Both the position numbers and the translations under genes were made by a program. 64,000 nucleotides of DNA from positions 608,001-672,000 of the forward strand of contig CAXXDV010000003.1 of NCBI GenBank assembly GCA_963674745.2. Reading direction: 5' to 3'. This document shows, one piece after another, positions 9,095 to 18,388 of this stretch (position 1 is the first letter of the stretch; each line of letters begins with the position of its first letter). Source of the stretch: Desulfosudaceae bacterium. GTDB lineage: Bacteria > Desulfobacterota > Desulfobacteria > Desulfobacterales > Desulfosudaceae. The notes beneath the pieces were generated by a model, which worked only from the letters and a program-made list of their open reading frames with translations, searched no databases and was not told the DNA's origin.

Positions 9095-9664
9095 ATGAAA
9101 AATCGTAAAATGTGGATATTCGGAGCCTGTATGGTTGTTGCGGCGTTTTTAGTCAGTGGTTGTGCCGGACCTGAATATAAGCTGGCCTGGGACAAAAAGT
9201 TCAACAACAGGTTGCCCGTAATGGGAAAAAACAACTGGATTATTATCAGCGATTCGGCCTATCCCGCCAAGCGGGCTGATGGGATTGAGACGATCGCGAC
9301 CGATAAACCGCTGACGTCGGTGCTTGATTATGTTCTGTCAAACATAGATAAAGCAGGACATGCCGGTGCCACGGCATGGATCAGCTCCGAGCTTGAGAAG
9401 ATTCCGGATCGCGATGCCATTGGTATAGAAGATATTTATCAGGAAATCTGGCGTCAGCTGAATGAAGCCAATATCACCACTAAAACCGCTATTGAAAAAG
9501 ATATCTTGAAAATGGTCGAGGATGAGGCCGCTGATTACAATATCCTGGTACTCAAATCCACGACCCGGTTGCCCTACACAACCGTCTATCTGCAGCTTGA
9601 CTGCCGGTACTGGGACGAAACACGCGAAAAACGATTGCGGGATGCCCTGCGTTCGGCCGAATAA
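9095..9664 (+). CDS. Lipoprotein with RbsD/FucU-like domain
   Basis: Lipobox LVSG-C; NNWIIISDSAYP and LVLKSTTRLPYTTVYLQLDCRYW resemble the RbsD/FucU-like family; ATG 9095 with GGAGG. Confidence 0.6.
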   Translation: MKNRKMWIFGACMVVAAFLVSGCAGPEYKLAWDKKFNNRLPVMGKNNWIIISDSAYPAKRADGIETIATDKPLTSVLDYVLSNIDKAGHAGATAWISSELEKIPDRDAIGIEDIYQEIWRQLNEANITTKTAIEKDILKMVEDEAADYNILVLKSTTRLPYTTVYLQLDCRYWDETREKRLRDALRSAE

Positions 9665-9679
9665 TTTACCCTCGAGATG

Positions 9680-9886
9680 GAAGGGCAACCACAGGGGGTT
9701 GCCCCTACGGTCCGCAGAGGGCGTTCATGGATGTGTTGTAGGGGCAGGCCCCCGTGCCTGCCCCCGGTGTGAAGGGCAACCACAGGGGGTTGCCCCTACG
9801 GTCCGCAGAGGGCGTTCATGGATGTGTTGTAGGGGCAGGCCCCCGTGCCTGCCCGGTGAAGGGCAACCACAGGGGGTTGCCCCTAC
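9680..9886. repeat. BIME/REPIN-like tandem array of five alternating REP palindromes
   Basis: Unit GGGCAACCACAGGGGGTTGCCCCTAC + identical linker + GTAGGGGCAGGCCCCCGTGCCTGCCC; units start 9680, 9771, 9858. Confidence 0.9.
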
Positions 9887-9962
9887 AGAGCCGTAACCTG
9901 CGCCTGAAAAATTTGCACGCCCTGACCGCAAACCCCAATTCTGATTCTTAGAGATACCCTGT

Positions 9963-9994
9963 AAAAAAGGCCCTGTATTTATACGGGGCCTTTT
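9963..9994. terminator. Bidirectional intrinsic terminator
   Basis: AAAAAA-GGCCCTGTAT-TT-ATACGGGGCC-TTTT between convergent genes. Confidence 0.8.
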
Positions 9995-10038
9995 GCTTTG
10001 GAAGGTATGTATTGTTTCATCGATCCAGATGACCGGTT

Positions 10039-11694
10039 TTAGTATCGCTCGAAATCCTGATCCGTATTGTCATCCATGGCCAATTCGATGGAAGGTAACT
10101 GCCTGGTGGCTTTTTGTCGCTTTTGTGGCAACCTTTTAGACGGCAGTGCCTGTTGATCATGATGCGGGGTCTGGGCGGATTCAGCAATGCCTGTTACCAT
10201 GAAAAAACTCATACTGTCCTGAAGCTGCTGCGCCTGACTGGCCAGGTTTTCTGCAGTGGAGGATATCTCTTCCGCTGAAGAGGCATTCTGCTGTACGATC
10301 TGGTCAAGCTGGCTGATGGCTTCATTGATTTGAGATGCGCCGGCTGTCTGTTCTTTGGAAGCGGAACTGATCTCCTGGACCAGTTCGGCCGTTTTGCGGA
10401 TCTCGGGTACAAGTTTTTCCAGCATTGTTCCGGCTTTTTCGGCGATATCCAGGCTGCCTGCCGAACGTTCGCCGATTTCCTTGGCGGCATCACCGCTGCG
10501 TTCGGCCAGTTTTCTCACTTCCGCCGCCACTACGGCGAAACCCTTGCCGGCGTCTCCGGCCCGGGCCGCTTCGATGGCCGCGTTTAAAGCCAGCAGGTTG
10601 GTTTGCCGGGCGATTTCTTCAATGATCGTTATCTTGCTGGCAATGTCCTGCATTGCCCGCACGGTGTCCTGCACCTGGCTGCCGCCTTCTTCAGCGTCCA
10701 GCGCAACCTGGTTGGCAATTTTTTCCGCTTCCGAAGCGTTGTCGGCGTTCTGATTTATGTTTGATCCCATTTCCTCCATGCTGGAAGTGATCTCTTCAAG
10801 GTGGGATGCCTGGGTGGTGGCCCCTTGAGACAACACTTCGGAAGATGAACTCATTTCCTGGCTGCCTGAAGCGACATTATCCGATCCGGTCTGGACCTGA
10901 CCGACCACATCCCTCAATTTTTTGACCATGTTGTTCATGGCCCGGGTCAGAAGACCGACTTCATCTCCACCTTCGCCGCGTTCGTCAATTTCAACGGACA
11001 GGTTGCCCTCAGCGATCTCTGTTATCATGGAAACCGCTTTCTGCAGGGGGATCGTCACAAACCGCCTGATGATAAAATGGATGATGATAGAGGAGAACAG
11101 GACGATACCGATAAAAAGGGCCACGTTGCCGTTACGCAATTTTTTGCTGAAACTGATGATAGAAGACAGCTCTTCGGTGAGGCGGTTATTATAGCCGGTT
11201 TTAAGATCAACCAGGAGTTTACTGATTTCTTTGTTCTTATTGGCCAGCTCAAAGATGTCAATCTGGCTGCCGGCCGTTCCCGTATCCGTCTGGGTAATGG
11301 CGGCCTTGTAAACCTCGCGGGCGTTATTGGTGAACTGTTTCAGCTCTTCGAGCACTTTTTCGGCCTCAGGCGTTTCCTGCTTCTGATCTGCGGCCAGTTT
11401 GATAATTTCCTGTAAAGCGGTTTGGGCTTTTTCAGCCTCCTGATCGGCATTGGCGATGAGTCCGGATTCACCGGTCAGGTAGGCGTCCTGGTACATTTTG
11501 AGCTGATTGTCAAAGGCTGTTAATGCCGCCTGACTTTTGTGCGAAGCCGGGAAAAGGTAAATATCAACGGAAGTTAATTGAGATTCCGTGTTCTTTCCGG
11601 TCCAGAAGCCGAAGCTGATGGATAACAGGTAGCCCAGCATGAGAATGCCCAGACTGGCCCAGATTTTTCTTGAGATACTGGCTGACCGCCACAT
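10039..11694 (-). CDS. Methyl-accepting chemotaxis protein
   Basis: 2 [36 protein letters not shown] signalling motif, C-terminal pentapeptide DFERY. Confidence 0.95.
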   Translation of the reverse strand: MWRSASISRKIWASLGILMLGYLLSISFGFWTGKNTESQLTSVDIYLFPASHKSQAALTAFDNQLKMYQDAYLTGESGLIANADQEAEKAQTALQEIIKLAADQKQETPEAEKVLEELKQFTNNAREVYKAAITQTDTGTAGSQIDIFELANKNKEISKLLVDLKTGYNNRLTEELSSIISFSKKLRNGNVALFIGIVLFSSIIIHFIIRRFVTIPLQKAVSMITEIAEGNLSVEIDERGEGGDEVGLLTRAMNNMVKKLRDVVGQVQTGSDNVASGSQEMSSSSEVLSQGATTQASHLEEITSSMEEMGSNINQNADNASEAEKIANQVALDAEEGGSQVQDTVRAMQDIASKITIIEEIARQTNLLALNAAIEAARAGDAGKGFAVVAAEVRKLAERSGDAAKEIGERSAGSLDIAEKAGTMLEKLVPEIRKTAELVQEISSASKEQTAGASQINEAISQLDQIVQQNASSAEEISSTAENLASQAQQLQDSMSFFMVTGIAESAQTPHHDQQALPSKRLPQKRQKATRQLPSIELAMDDNTDQDFERY

Positions 11695-11741
11695 ATTCGG
11701 TCTCCTAATCAGTTTGGTTTACAAATCTATATGTTGTTTAG

Positions 11742-11779
11742 CTTTGGCCGGAAGGCCTGTTGAAGGATTCCGGCCAAAG
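11742..11779. other. Intra-operon stem-loop between porin and MCP genes
   Basis: CTTTGGCCGGAA...TTCCGGCCAAAG 12-bp inverted repeat. Confidence 0.6.
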
Positions 11780-11783
11780 ACAT

Positions 11784-13052
11784 TTAAAAACTGTAAGTGA
11801 CTTTGGCGGCATAACACGCCCAGTCTTTTTCCTTTGACGAAAAAGTGAAAAAAGATCCATCCATAATGTGGGCTTCAATTTTACCGCACCAGTTGGAAGA
11901 AAAATCATACCGGGCGGACAGGCACCAGTCCTTCAGCCAGGCATTGTAATCGGGATTCGGGAACACTTTTGCATATTCGCTGCCGTCGTGGTCATTTTTG
12001 TCATAATACAGTTCGGAGTAGTATGCGCCCAGTTCCATGCGCTCCAGCACCCGGTAGGCGATGCTGGCGTAGTAGCCCTGAAAGGTCGTTTTCACGCCCA
12101 GTTGCGGGGGAATCCCTATGGCCGCTACAATGGCCGGATCCAGGGTGGTGTTGATATCAATGGTAAAATCAAGGTCGTTTTCGGTGTATTCAGCGGCCAG
12201 GGTCAGCCGGTCGGTCATGTACTCGGCGGATAGGACAAATGAATTGATCGGGTCATTAAATCTCAGGTGACCGGTCATGGGCGAAGTCAGGCCGGCCAGG
12301 CCGCCGGTCACCACGGCGGGCAGGTCAAGGGTCCTGCTCATAAACATTTCCAGTCCGTCAGCTGCATAGTAGCTGGCCGCCAGTTTCAGCCCGAAGGTCG
12401 AGTCCCACTGGAGCTTGCCGGCGTAAGCAAAATTGGAGTCAACTTCATTTACCTCCATACCCAGGGCGCTCATCAGTGTCTCAAAGCCGTCGGCCAAACC
12501 GCCGTCTGCTTTTATGTTTACGGTGCCGTACATGGCCTGGTAAGAGATATCGCCGGGAAGGGTGCCGTAAAAACCGACCCCTTTCATGCGGGCAAACGTT
12601 TCTCTGAACCATTCCGGATAGACGCTGGTCGGCAGCAGGATGCTGGTGCGGACCATGTCCACTTTGCGGATCTCATTGTAAAGGCCGTAAGGAATTTTCA
12701 TGATGCCCACCCGGACACCCAGGTAATCCCTGAGCGAATAATCCCCGAAGGCCCAGTCCACTTCCACGCCGTCATTGCCGACGTCGCCCATGTCAAAGGC
12801 ATACAATTGCATGCCCAGGGTAAGATCATCCGTCGGGCTTGCGGAAAAATTGATGGCCATTTCATTGTAATCAAAGGTGCCGTCACCCGAGTCTTTTGCC
12901 AGAAAGGGCATGTCTTTGGTGGTATACAGAAAACCCTGGCTGACAAAACCATGGATGTTCAGGTTTTCAAGGTTTGCATTGGCGAAAACGCATGGAACCG
13001 TCAAGAACAGCATCATCATGCTTAAAGCCAGCAGCAGTTTGATATTTTTCAT
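11784..13052 (-). CDS. Outer-membrane beta-barrel (porin-like) protein, copy 1
   Basis: Signal peptide, IHGFVSQG, DWAFGDY, GIMKIPYGLYNE, C-terminal VTYSF beta-signal. Confidence 0.85.
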   Translation of the reverse strand: MKNIKLLLALSMMMLFLTVPCVFANANLENLNIHGFVSQGFLYTTKDMPFLAKDSGDGTFDYNEMAINFSASPTDDLTLGMQLYAFDMGDVGNDGVEVDWAFGDYSLRDYLGVRVGIMKIPYGLYNEIRKVDMVRTSILLPTSVYPEWFRETFARMKGVGFYGTLPGDISYQAMYGTVNIKADGGLADGFETLMSALGMEVNEVDSNFAYAGKLQWDSTFGLKLAASYYAADGLEMFMSRTLDLPAVVTGGLAGLTSPMTGHLRFNDPINSFVLSAEYMTDRLTLAAEYTENDLDFTIDINTTLDPAIVAAIGIPPQLGVKTTFQGYYASIAYRVLERMELGAYYSELYYDKNDHDGSEYAKVFPNPDYNAWLKDWCLSARYDFSSNWCGKIEAHIMDGSFFTFSSKEKDWACYAAKVTYSF

Positions 13053-13101
13053 TGGTTTCTCCTGATATTTAGTTAAATATTTTACGCAATGAAGTCGTCT
13101 G

Positions 13102-13542
13102 TTATTTGATGGTTAATACTTTTACCTTGCCGGTGTCCGGCGGTGTGCAGGAAAAACCGATGGCACCGGTGGTACGTGAGACATAGTCAACCAATTCAGT
13201 AACAGAATCAAACCCCCGGGGCGGCTGTCCTTTTCCCGTAAAAATCTGCTTTTTCCAATAGTTCTGGAACTGAAAAGGGGTTCTGCCGACAAATTCCCTG
13301 ATGAACGCCTCATAACAATTGCCCTGGCTTAAAGCCGTAAAGTTGATGCCCTGATTGTTGTCCCATTTGTCCTTTTTACCCAGATAGATGTTTTGAATAT
13401 CCGCCTGGCTCAAAGCACTATCGGCAACATTCTTGTTGGCAAAAACGTAAATCGTTTCTGACTGTGCCTTATCCGGGTTGATTATCATGAGGGCCGAAAA
13501 GGTCAGGCAGAAAATTACCAGCCAAAAGATTCGTTTATTCAT
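13102..13542 (-). CDS. Small periplasmic PstS/PBP-like protein, copy 1
   Basis: Signal peptide; LSQADIQNIYLGKK..W, YWKKQIFTGKGQPP, VSRTTGAIGF. Confidence 0.8.
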   Translation of the reverse strand: MNKRIFWLVIFCLTFSALMIINPDKAQSETIYVFANKNVADSALSQADIQNIYLGKKDKWDNNQGINFTALSQGNCYEAFIREFVGRTPFQFQNYWKKQIFTGKGQPPRGFDSVTELVDYVSRTTGAIGFSCTPPDTGKVKVLTIK

Positions 13543-13578
13543 AGTATCCGTCCTTTCAATTTAGTACGTGACAAATAT

Positions 13579-14853
13579 TTAAAAGCTGTAAGTGACCTTA
13601 GCAGCATAAAGTGCCCAGTTCCTGGCACTTCCACCATACGTCAAGAAAATGCCGTCCATGAAGTGCCCTTCAACCTTGGCGCACCAGTTGGGTGAGAAAT
13701 CATAACGGAGAGACAGGCACCAGTCCTTCAGCCAGGCTTCATACTCAGCCTGAAGGTTGAATGCCTGGGCATATTCCTGGCCGCTGTGATCTGATTTGTC
13801 AAAATATAATTCGGAGTAATAGGTGCCTACCTCAAGTTGATCCAGGAGCCGGTAGGCCATGCTGCCGTAAAATCCCTGCATGGTCGTCTTATATCCAAAC
13901 TGAGGCGGAATCCCTATGGCGGCTAAAATGGCCGGGTCGAGATTGGAACGGAAGGTAGCCAAAAATTCAAGGTCATATTCAATGTATTCGGCCGCCAGGG
14001 TCAGCCGGTCGGTCATATATTCGGCGGATAAAACCGACATCTCAAGCGGTTCGAACACCAGATCGATGTTTAAGGGCGAGGTCAGGCCGGCCAGTCCGCC
14101 GGTTATCATGGCGGGCAGGTCGATGATCGTGCCCAAATTCATCTTCATTCCGTCAAACGTATAATGGCTGGCAGCCAGTTTCAGCCCGAAAGTCGAGTCC
14201 CATTGGAGTCTGCCGGCGTAGGCAAAATTGGTTTCTACATCGTCTGTGGACAGACTGGCGCCAAAGGCGGAGCCAAACAGGGATGCAAAAGCGTCTGCCA
14301 GCCCGCCGTTTTTTTTAAGATTCAAGGTGCCGTACATGGCCTGGTAAGAGATGTTGCCGGGCAGGGTGCCGGAAAGGCTGACGCCCTTGATGCGGGCAAA
14401 GGCTTCGCGGAACCATTCCGGATATACGCTGCTCGGCAGCAGGATGCTGGTGCGGACCATGTCAACTTTCCGGACATCGTTATACAGGCCGAAAGGAATC
14501 TTCATGATACCGGCCTGAACATTCAGGTAATCGCTGATGGAATAATCGCCATAAGCCCAGTCCACGTCCAGCCGGTCGTTGCCGATACCGCCCATGTCAA
14601 AAGCGTTCAACTGTATACCCATGCGGAGGTTGTCGCTCGGGTTTATGGAAAAATTGACGGCCATTTCGTTAAAGTCAAATGTACCGTCTTCGGCGTCTCT
14701 GGCCAGATATCCCATTTCTTTTGTCGTCTGAAAAAAGCCCTGGCTGACAAACCCGTGGATATTGATGTCTTTATAGTTAAAAGCGGCTGCACCACAAGGC
14801 AATGTCAAAAGAGAGACGATGATTAAAACCAGAATAGTTTGATGAATTTTCAT
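13579..14853 (-). CDS. Outer-membrane beta-barrel (porin-like) protein, copy 2
   Basis: Paralog of 11784..13052 (shared RKVDMVRTSILLP, LQWDSTFGLKLAAS, AWLKDWCLS, YAAKVTYSF). Confidence 0.85.
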   Translation of the reverse strand: MKIHQTILVLIIVSLLTLPCGAAAFNYKDINIHGFVSQGFFQTTKEMGYLARDAEDGTFDFNEMAVNFSINPSDNLRMGIQLNAFDMGGIGNDRLDVDWAYGDYSISDYLNVQAGIMKIPFGLYNDVRKVDMVRTSILLPSSVYPEWFREAFARIKGVSLSGTLPGNISYQAMYGTLNLKKNGGLADAFASLFGSAFGASLSTDDVETNFAYAGRLQWDSTFGLKLAASHYTFDGMKMNLGTIIDLPAMITGGLAGLTSPLNIDLVFEPLEMSVLSAEYMTDRLTLAAEYIEYDLEFLATFRSNLDPAILAAIGIPPQFGYKTTMQGFYGSMAYRLLDQLEVGTYYSELYFDKSDHSGQEYAQAFNLQAEYEAWLKDWCLSLRYDFSPNWCAKVEGHFMDGIFLTYGGSARNWALYAAKVTYSF

Positions 14854-14901
14854 TGGTTTCTCCTTATTGTTAAAATAGTAGGCAATAAATACCCCTATCG
14901 G

Positions 14902-15342
14902 CTAGTTGATGGTCAGTACTTTTACCTTGCTGCTGTCCGGGGGGGTGCAGGAAAAGCCAATGGCACCGCTGGTACGGGAAACATAATCAACCACTTCAGC
15001 GTCGGAATCAAACGCGCGGGGCGGCTGGCCTTTTCCTGTAAAAATTTGTTTTTTCCAGTAATTCTGAAATTGGAAGGGGGTTCTGCCGACAAATTTCCGG
15101 ATAAATGCATCGTGACATGTGCCATTGCCTAAAGCCGTAAAATTGATGCCCTGATTGTTGGTCCATTTATCTTTTTTGCCAAGATAGATGCTTTGGATGT
15201 CCGCCTGACTTAAAACGCTGTCTTGAACATTCATGTTGGCAAAAACATAAATGGTTTCCGGCTGAGCGTATAAAGCATTTGGCGCGAAAATGAACGTCAT
15301 GGCGATGAACAGAAGAAAAATTAAAAAAAATCTTTGCATCAT
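14902..15342 (-). CDS. Small periplasmic PstS/PBP-like protein, copy 2
   Basis: Paralog of 13102..13542; identical FVGRTPFQFQNYWKKQIFTGKGQPPR. Confidence 0.8.
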   Translation of the reverse strand: MMQRFFLIFLLFIAMTFIFAPNALYAQPETIYVFANMNVQDSVLSQADIQSIYLGKKDKWTNNQGINFTALGNGTCHDAFIRKFVGRTPFQFQNYWKKQIFTGKGQPPRAFDSDAEVVDYVSRTSGAIGFSCTPPDSSKVKVLTIN

Positions 15343-15403
15343 AGCTTCTACCCTCCCGGATTAGTTGCACGTTTATGACACGTGGGCTTGATTTATAAAT
15401 AAA

Positions 15404-15419
15404 TGCGAATATCGTGCCG
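15404..15419 (-). promoter_or_regulatory. Putative sigma54 (-24/-12) promoter
   Basis: Minus strand CGGCACGATATTCGCA = GG-N10-GC, about 60 nt upstream of ATG 15342, AT-rich tract upstream. Confidence 0.65.
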
Positions 15420-15853
15420 AATTGCCAAATTTTTTCTGAATAGAATATTATTCAATAATTTAAAAAGATTAAGTTGAATGTTGATCCGTCTGGAAAAAGC
15501 GAGTCGTATATTATGAAACGAAAGTGTCCTAAAAAATTGGATTTTACCCCTTATTTTTAAGATTAGCCGTGACCGTCCTGCCTGTCAAGAAAATAATCTC
15601 TTATTTTTATTCGTTTATTTTTGAAACATCGTCCGTCCGGTGTGTTGTTGACTGGCAATACTGTTTCAATAAGATTGCTCTTACCACAATAATATTTTCT
15701 GGACCCCTCGGCCCCTTGAAGCCTGAAAACCTTTGCACCCGACCAGGTTGCAGCAGGGGGAAAATATAATCGCCCGGACCGTTTTTGTATTTAAAGCGTA
15801 CTTAATATGGACATTCAGGCCTTGTTATGTATAATCGCGACCAAATATTGTTT

Positions 15854-15960
15854 AGGTTCGAGGTTCAGGGTTCAGGGTTCCAGGTTCGGGCTTTAAGGGG
15901 CGTTCGCAAATGTTTTAGGGGCACGGCGTGCCGTGCCCTTTTGTCATGTTTATGTGGTTA
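15854..15960. repeat. Five RGGTTCN heptamers followed by the 64-bp REP-containing repeat (copy 2)
   Basis: aggttcg aggttca gggttca gggttcc aggttcg (15854-15888); 15897-15960 matches 8923-8986. Confidence 0.8.
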
Positions 15961-16000
15961 AAGGTTTTATGGTTATATAAGTTCCAGGGCTCAGGGGTTG

Positions 16001-16049
16001 AGCACAACGCCGGCATCGGGCCAAAAGGCAATTTTTAGAGATGCCCTTA
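16001..16049. mobile_element. Probable right-end remnant of a MITE-like element
   Basis: AGCACAACGCCGGCATCGGGC closely matches AGCGCAACGCCGGCATTGGGC (49281-49301) in the 124-bp element, followed by TTTTTAGAGATGCCCTTA. Confidence 0.45.
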
Positions 16050-16069
16050 TATCGGATAATGGGAGGTAT

Positions 16070-18349
16070 ATGAACAACGCAATTCTGATTGAAACTGCGG
16101 CAGAAACGCTTGGCATCAACTTGGGACAGGTCACGGCCGTTGCAGCTTTACTGGCAGACGGCGCAACCATTCCGTTTATCGCCCGTTACCGCAAGGAGGC
16201 GACCGGCAGCCTGGATGAAGTCGCGGTTACGGATATACGGGACAAACTCCATCAGTTAAAAGAACTGGAAGACCGTCGGCAGGTCGTCCTGGCGTCACTT
16301 GAGAAGAACGGACATCTGACCGATGAGCTGAATCAGCGCGTTCTGGCAGCGGGCACCATGGCCGTGCTGGAAGACATTTATCTTCCGTTTAAGCCCAAAC
16401 GTCGTACCCGGGGGATAATGGCAAAGGAAAAGGGGCTGGAGCCCTTGGCCATGATCATCCTGGAGCAGCAGGGCGTGGATTTGCAGGCAGAAGCATCCGC
16501 TTATGTGGATGAAGACAAAGGGGTGTCATCCATAGACGACGCTTTGGCCGGTGCCCGGGATATCATTGCCGAAATCATTAACGAAGATGAAGCGGCTCGG
16601 GCGTCCATGCGGGACCTGTTTTTCAACCGGGCCGGAATCGCCTGCCATGTCATTGCCGGCATGGAAACCGAAGGCGCCAAATATCGTGATTATTTTGACT
16701 GGAAAGAAGCGGTGGCGGATGTCCCTTCGCACCGGATGCTGGCCATGCGGCGCGGTGAAAAAGAAGGCTTCCTTGTCCTGAATATCGCTCCGGAAGAAGA
16801 CGCGGCCATTGCTATCCTGGAACAGCGTTTCGTCAAAGGTGAAACAGAAGACGCCGGCCAGGTCAGGATGGCGGCCAAAGACGGTTATAAACGGTTGTTG
16901 TCGCTTTCCATGGAAACCGAAACCCGTCTTCATACCAAAAAGCAGGCTGATGCGGAGGCCATAAAAATATTTGCCGAAAACCTCCGGCAACTGCTGCTGG
17001 CCCCCCCCCTGGGCGCAAAACGGATCATGGGCATTGATCCGGGATTCAGAACCGGGTGCAAGGTGGTCTGCCTGGACCGGCAGGGCAAGCTGCTGCACTG
17101 GGATACGGTTTATCCCCATTTCTCCGAGGGGAAAGAACAGGCGGCCGCGGAAAAGATAAAATCAATGTGTGAGCAGTTTGAAGTGGAGGCCATCGCCATT
17201 GGAAACGGTACGGCCGGCAGGGAAACCGAGGCTTTCATTAAAGCCATTTCATTGTCCGGTTCGATTCAGGTGGTGATGGTCAATGAAAGCGGGGCGTCCA
17301 TCTATTCGGCTTCCGAAATCGCCCGGCAGGAGTTTCCCGACCTGGACCTGACGGTACGCGGCAGCGTTTCCATTGCCCGGCGCTTGATGGATCCGCTGGC
17401 CGAGCTGGTTAAGATCGATCCCAAGTCCATCGGTGTCGGCCAATACCAGCACGATGTCAACCAGGCTGAATTGAAAAAGGCCCTGGACGATGTGGTCATC
17501 AGCTGTGTTAACGCGGTGGGGGTCGATTTGAACCGGGCCAGCGCCCAATTGCTCACCTATGTATCCGGCCTTAACGCTTCCATTGCCCAGAACATCGTTG
17601 CCTGGCGCGAAACCAACGGGCCTTTTAAATCCCGGGAAGCGTTAAAAAAGGTGTCCCGTTTCGGCCCCAAAACATTTGAACAGAGCGCCGGGTTTTTGAG
17701 AATACCGGATGCCGAAAACCCGCTTGATGCCAGTGCCGTGCATCCCGAAAGTTACGGGATCGTGGAAGCCATGGCCGCTGACCTGGGCAAAAAGGTAATT
17801 GATATCATTCATCAGCCTGATCTGCGGCGGAAAATCGATCTTTCGGCCTATGTAACCGAAACCGTGGGCATGCCGACGCTGACGGACATTCTGGAGGAGC
17901 TGGCCAAGCCGGGACGTGATCCGAGGCGGACTTTCGAGGCCGTTACTTTTGCCGAAGGCGTCAATACCATAGACGACGTCAAAGCTGGCATGCGCCTGCC
18001 GGGTGTGGTCACCAATGTTACTGCCTTCGGTGCCTTTGTGGACGTCGGCGTTCACCAGGACGGCCTGGTGCATATCAGCCAGATGGCGGATCGTTTCGTC
18101 AAGTCACCCAAAGATATTGTGGGTGTTCAGCAACGGGTCATGGTGACCGTTCTGGAAGTGGACCTGGAGCGCAAGCGGATATCCCTGTCCATGAAGTCGC
18201 AGACGGCAGGCGTTGAAAAGGAAAAACCGGAGACGCCCCCCCAACCCCAACACCGCGGCAAGGTAAAAAAGAAGCAAATCAAAGGCAAAGAGCCCTCTTC
18301 GTCTGACTCACCCCTGGCGGCCGCTTTGCGCAAAAGCGGCCTTTCCTGA
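16070..18349 (+). CDS. tex: Tex/YhgF RNA-binding transcriptional accessory protein
   Basis: GATIPFIARYRKEATG, GIDPGFRTGCK (YqgF domain), HhH repeats, C-terminal S1 (FGAFVDVGVHQDGLVHIS); ATG 16070 with GGAGG. Confidence 0.95.
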   Translation: MNNAILIETAAETLGINLGQVTAVAALLADGATIPFIARYRKEATGSLDEVAVTDIRDKLHQLKELEDRRQVVLASLEKNGHLTDELNQRVLAAGTMAVLEDIYLPFKPKRRTRGIMAKEKGLEPLAMIILEQQGVDLQAEASAYVDEDKGVSSIDDALAGARDIIAEIINEDEAARASMRDLFFNRAGIACHVIAGMETEGAKYRDYFDWKEAVADVPSHRMLAMRRGEKEGFLVLNIAPEEDAAIAILEQRFVKGETEDAGQVRMAAKDGYKRLLSLSMETETRLHTKKQADAEAIKIFAENLRQLLLAPPLGAKRIMGIDPGFRTGCKVVCLDRQGKLLHWDTVYPHFSEGKEQAAAEKIKSMCEQFEVEAIAIGNGTAGRETEAFIKAISLSGSIQVVMVNESGASIYSASEIARQEFPDLDLTVRGSVSIARRLMDPLAELVKIDPKSIGVGQYQHDVNQAELKKALDDVVISCVNAVGVDLNRASAQLLTYVSGLNASIAQNIVAWRETNGPFKSREALKKVSRFGPKTFEQSAGFLRIPDAENPLDASAVHPESYGIVEAMAADLGKKVIDIIHQPDLRRKIDLSAYVTETVGMPTLTDILEELAKPGRDPRRTFEAVTFAEGVNTIDDVKAGMRLPGVVTNVTAFGAFVDVGVHQDGLVHISQMADRFVKSPKDIVGVQQRVMVTVLEVDLERKRISLSMKSQTAGVEKEKPETPPQPQHRGKVKKKQIKGKEPSSSDSPLAAALRKSGLS

Positions 18350-18388
18350 CAGGGTGATTCGGGAAATTGATCGATTTATCCAAACGGC

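Noticed and set aside
9680..9886. Possible CRISPR array
   Set aside because: Linkers are identical, repeats alternate in orientation and carry GTAG ends, and no cas genes are present; this is a REP array
9522..9951. Short repetitive ORFs (also 955-1264 and 43262-43553)
   Set aside because: Translations of GC-rich REP palindromes
13102..15342. Phosphate ABC transporter (pstS) operon
   Set aside because: Proteins are only 146 aa and no permease or ATPase genes are nearby
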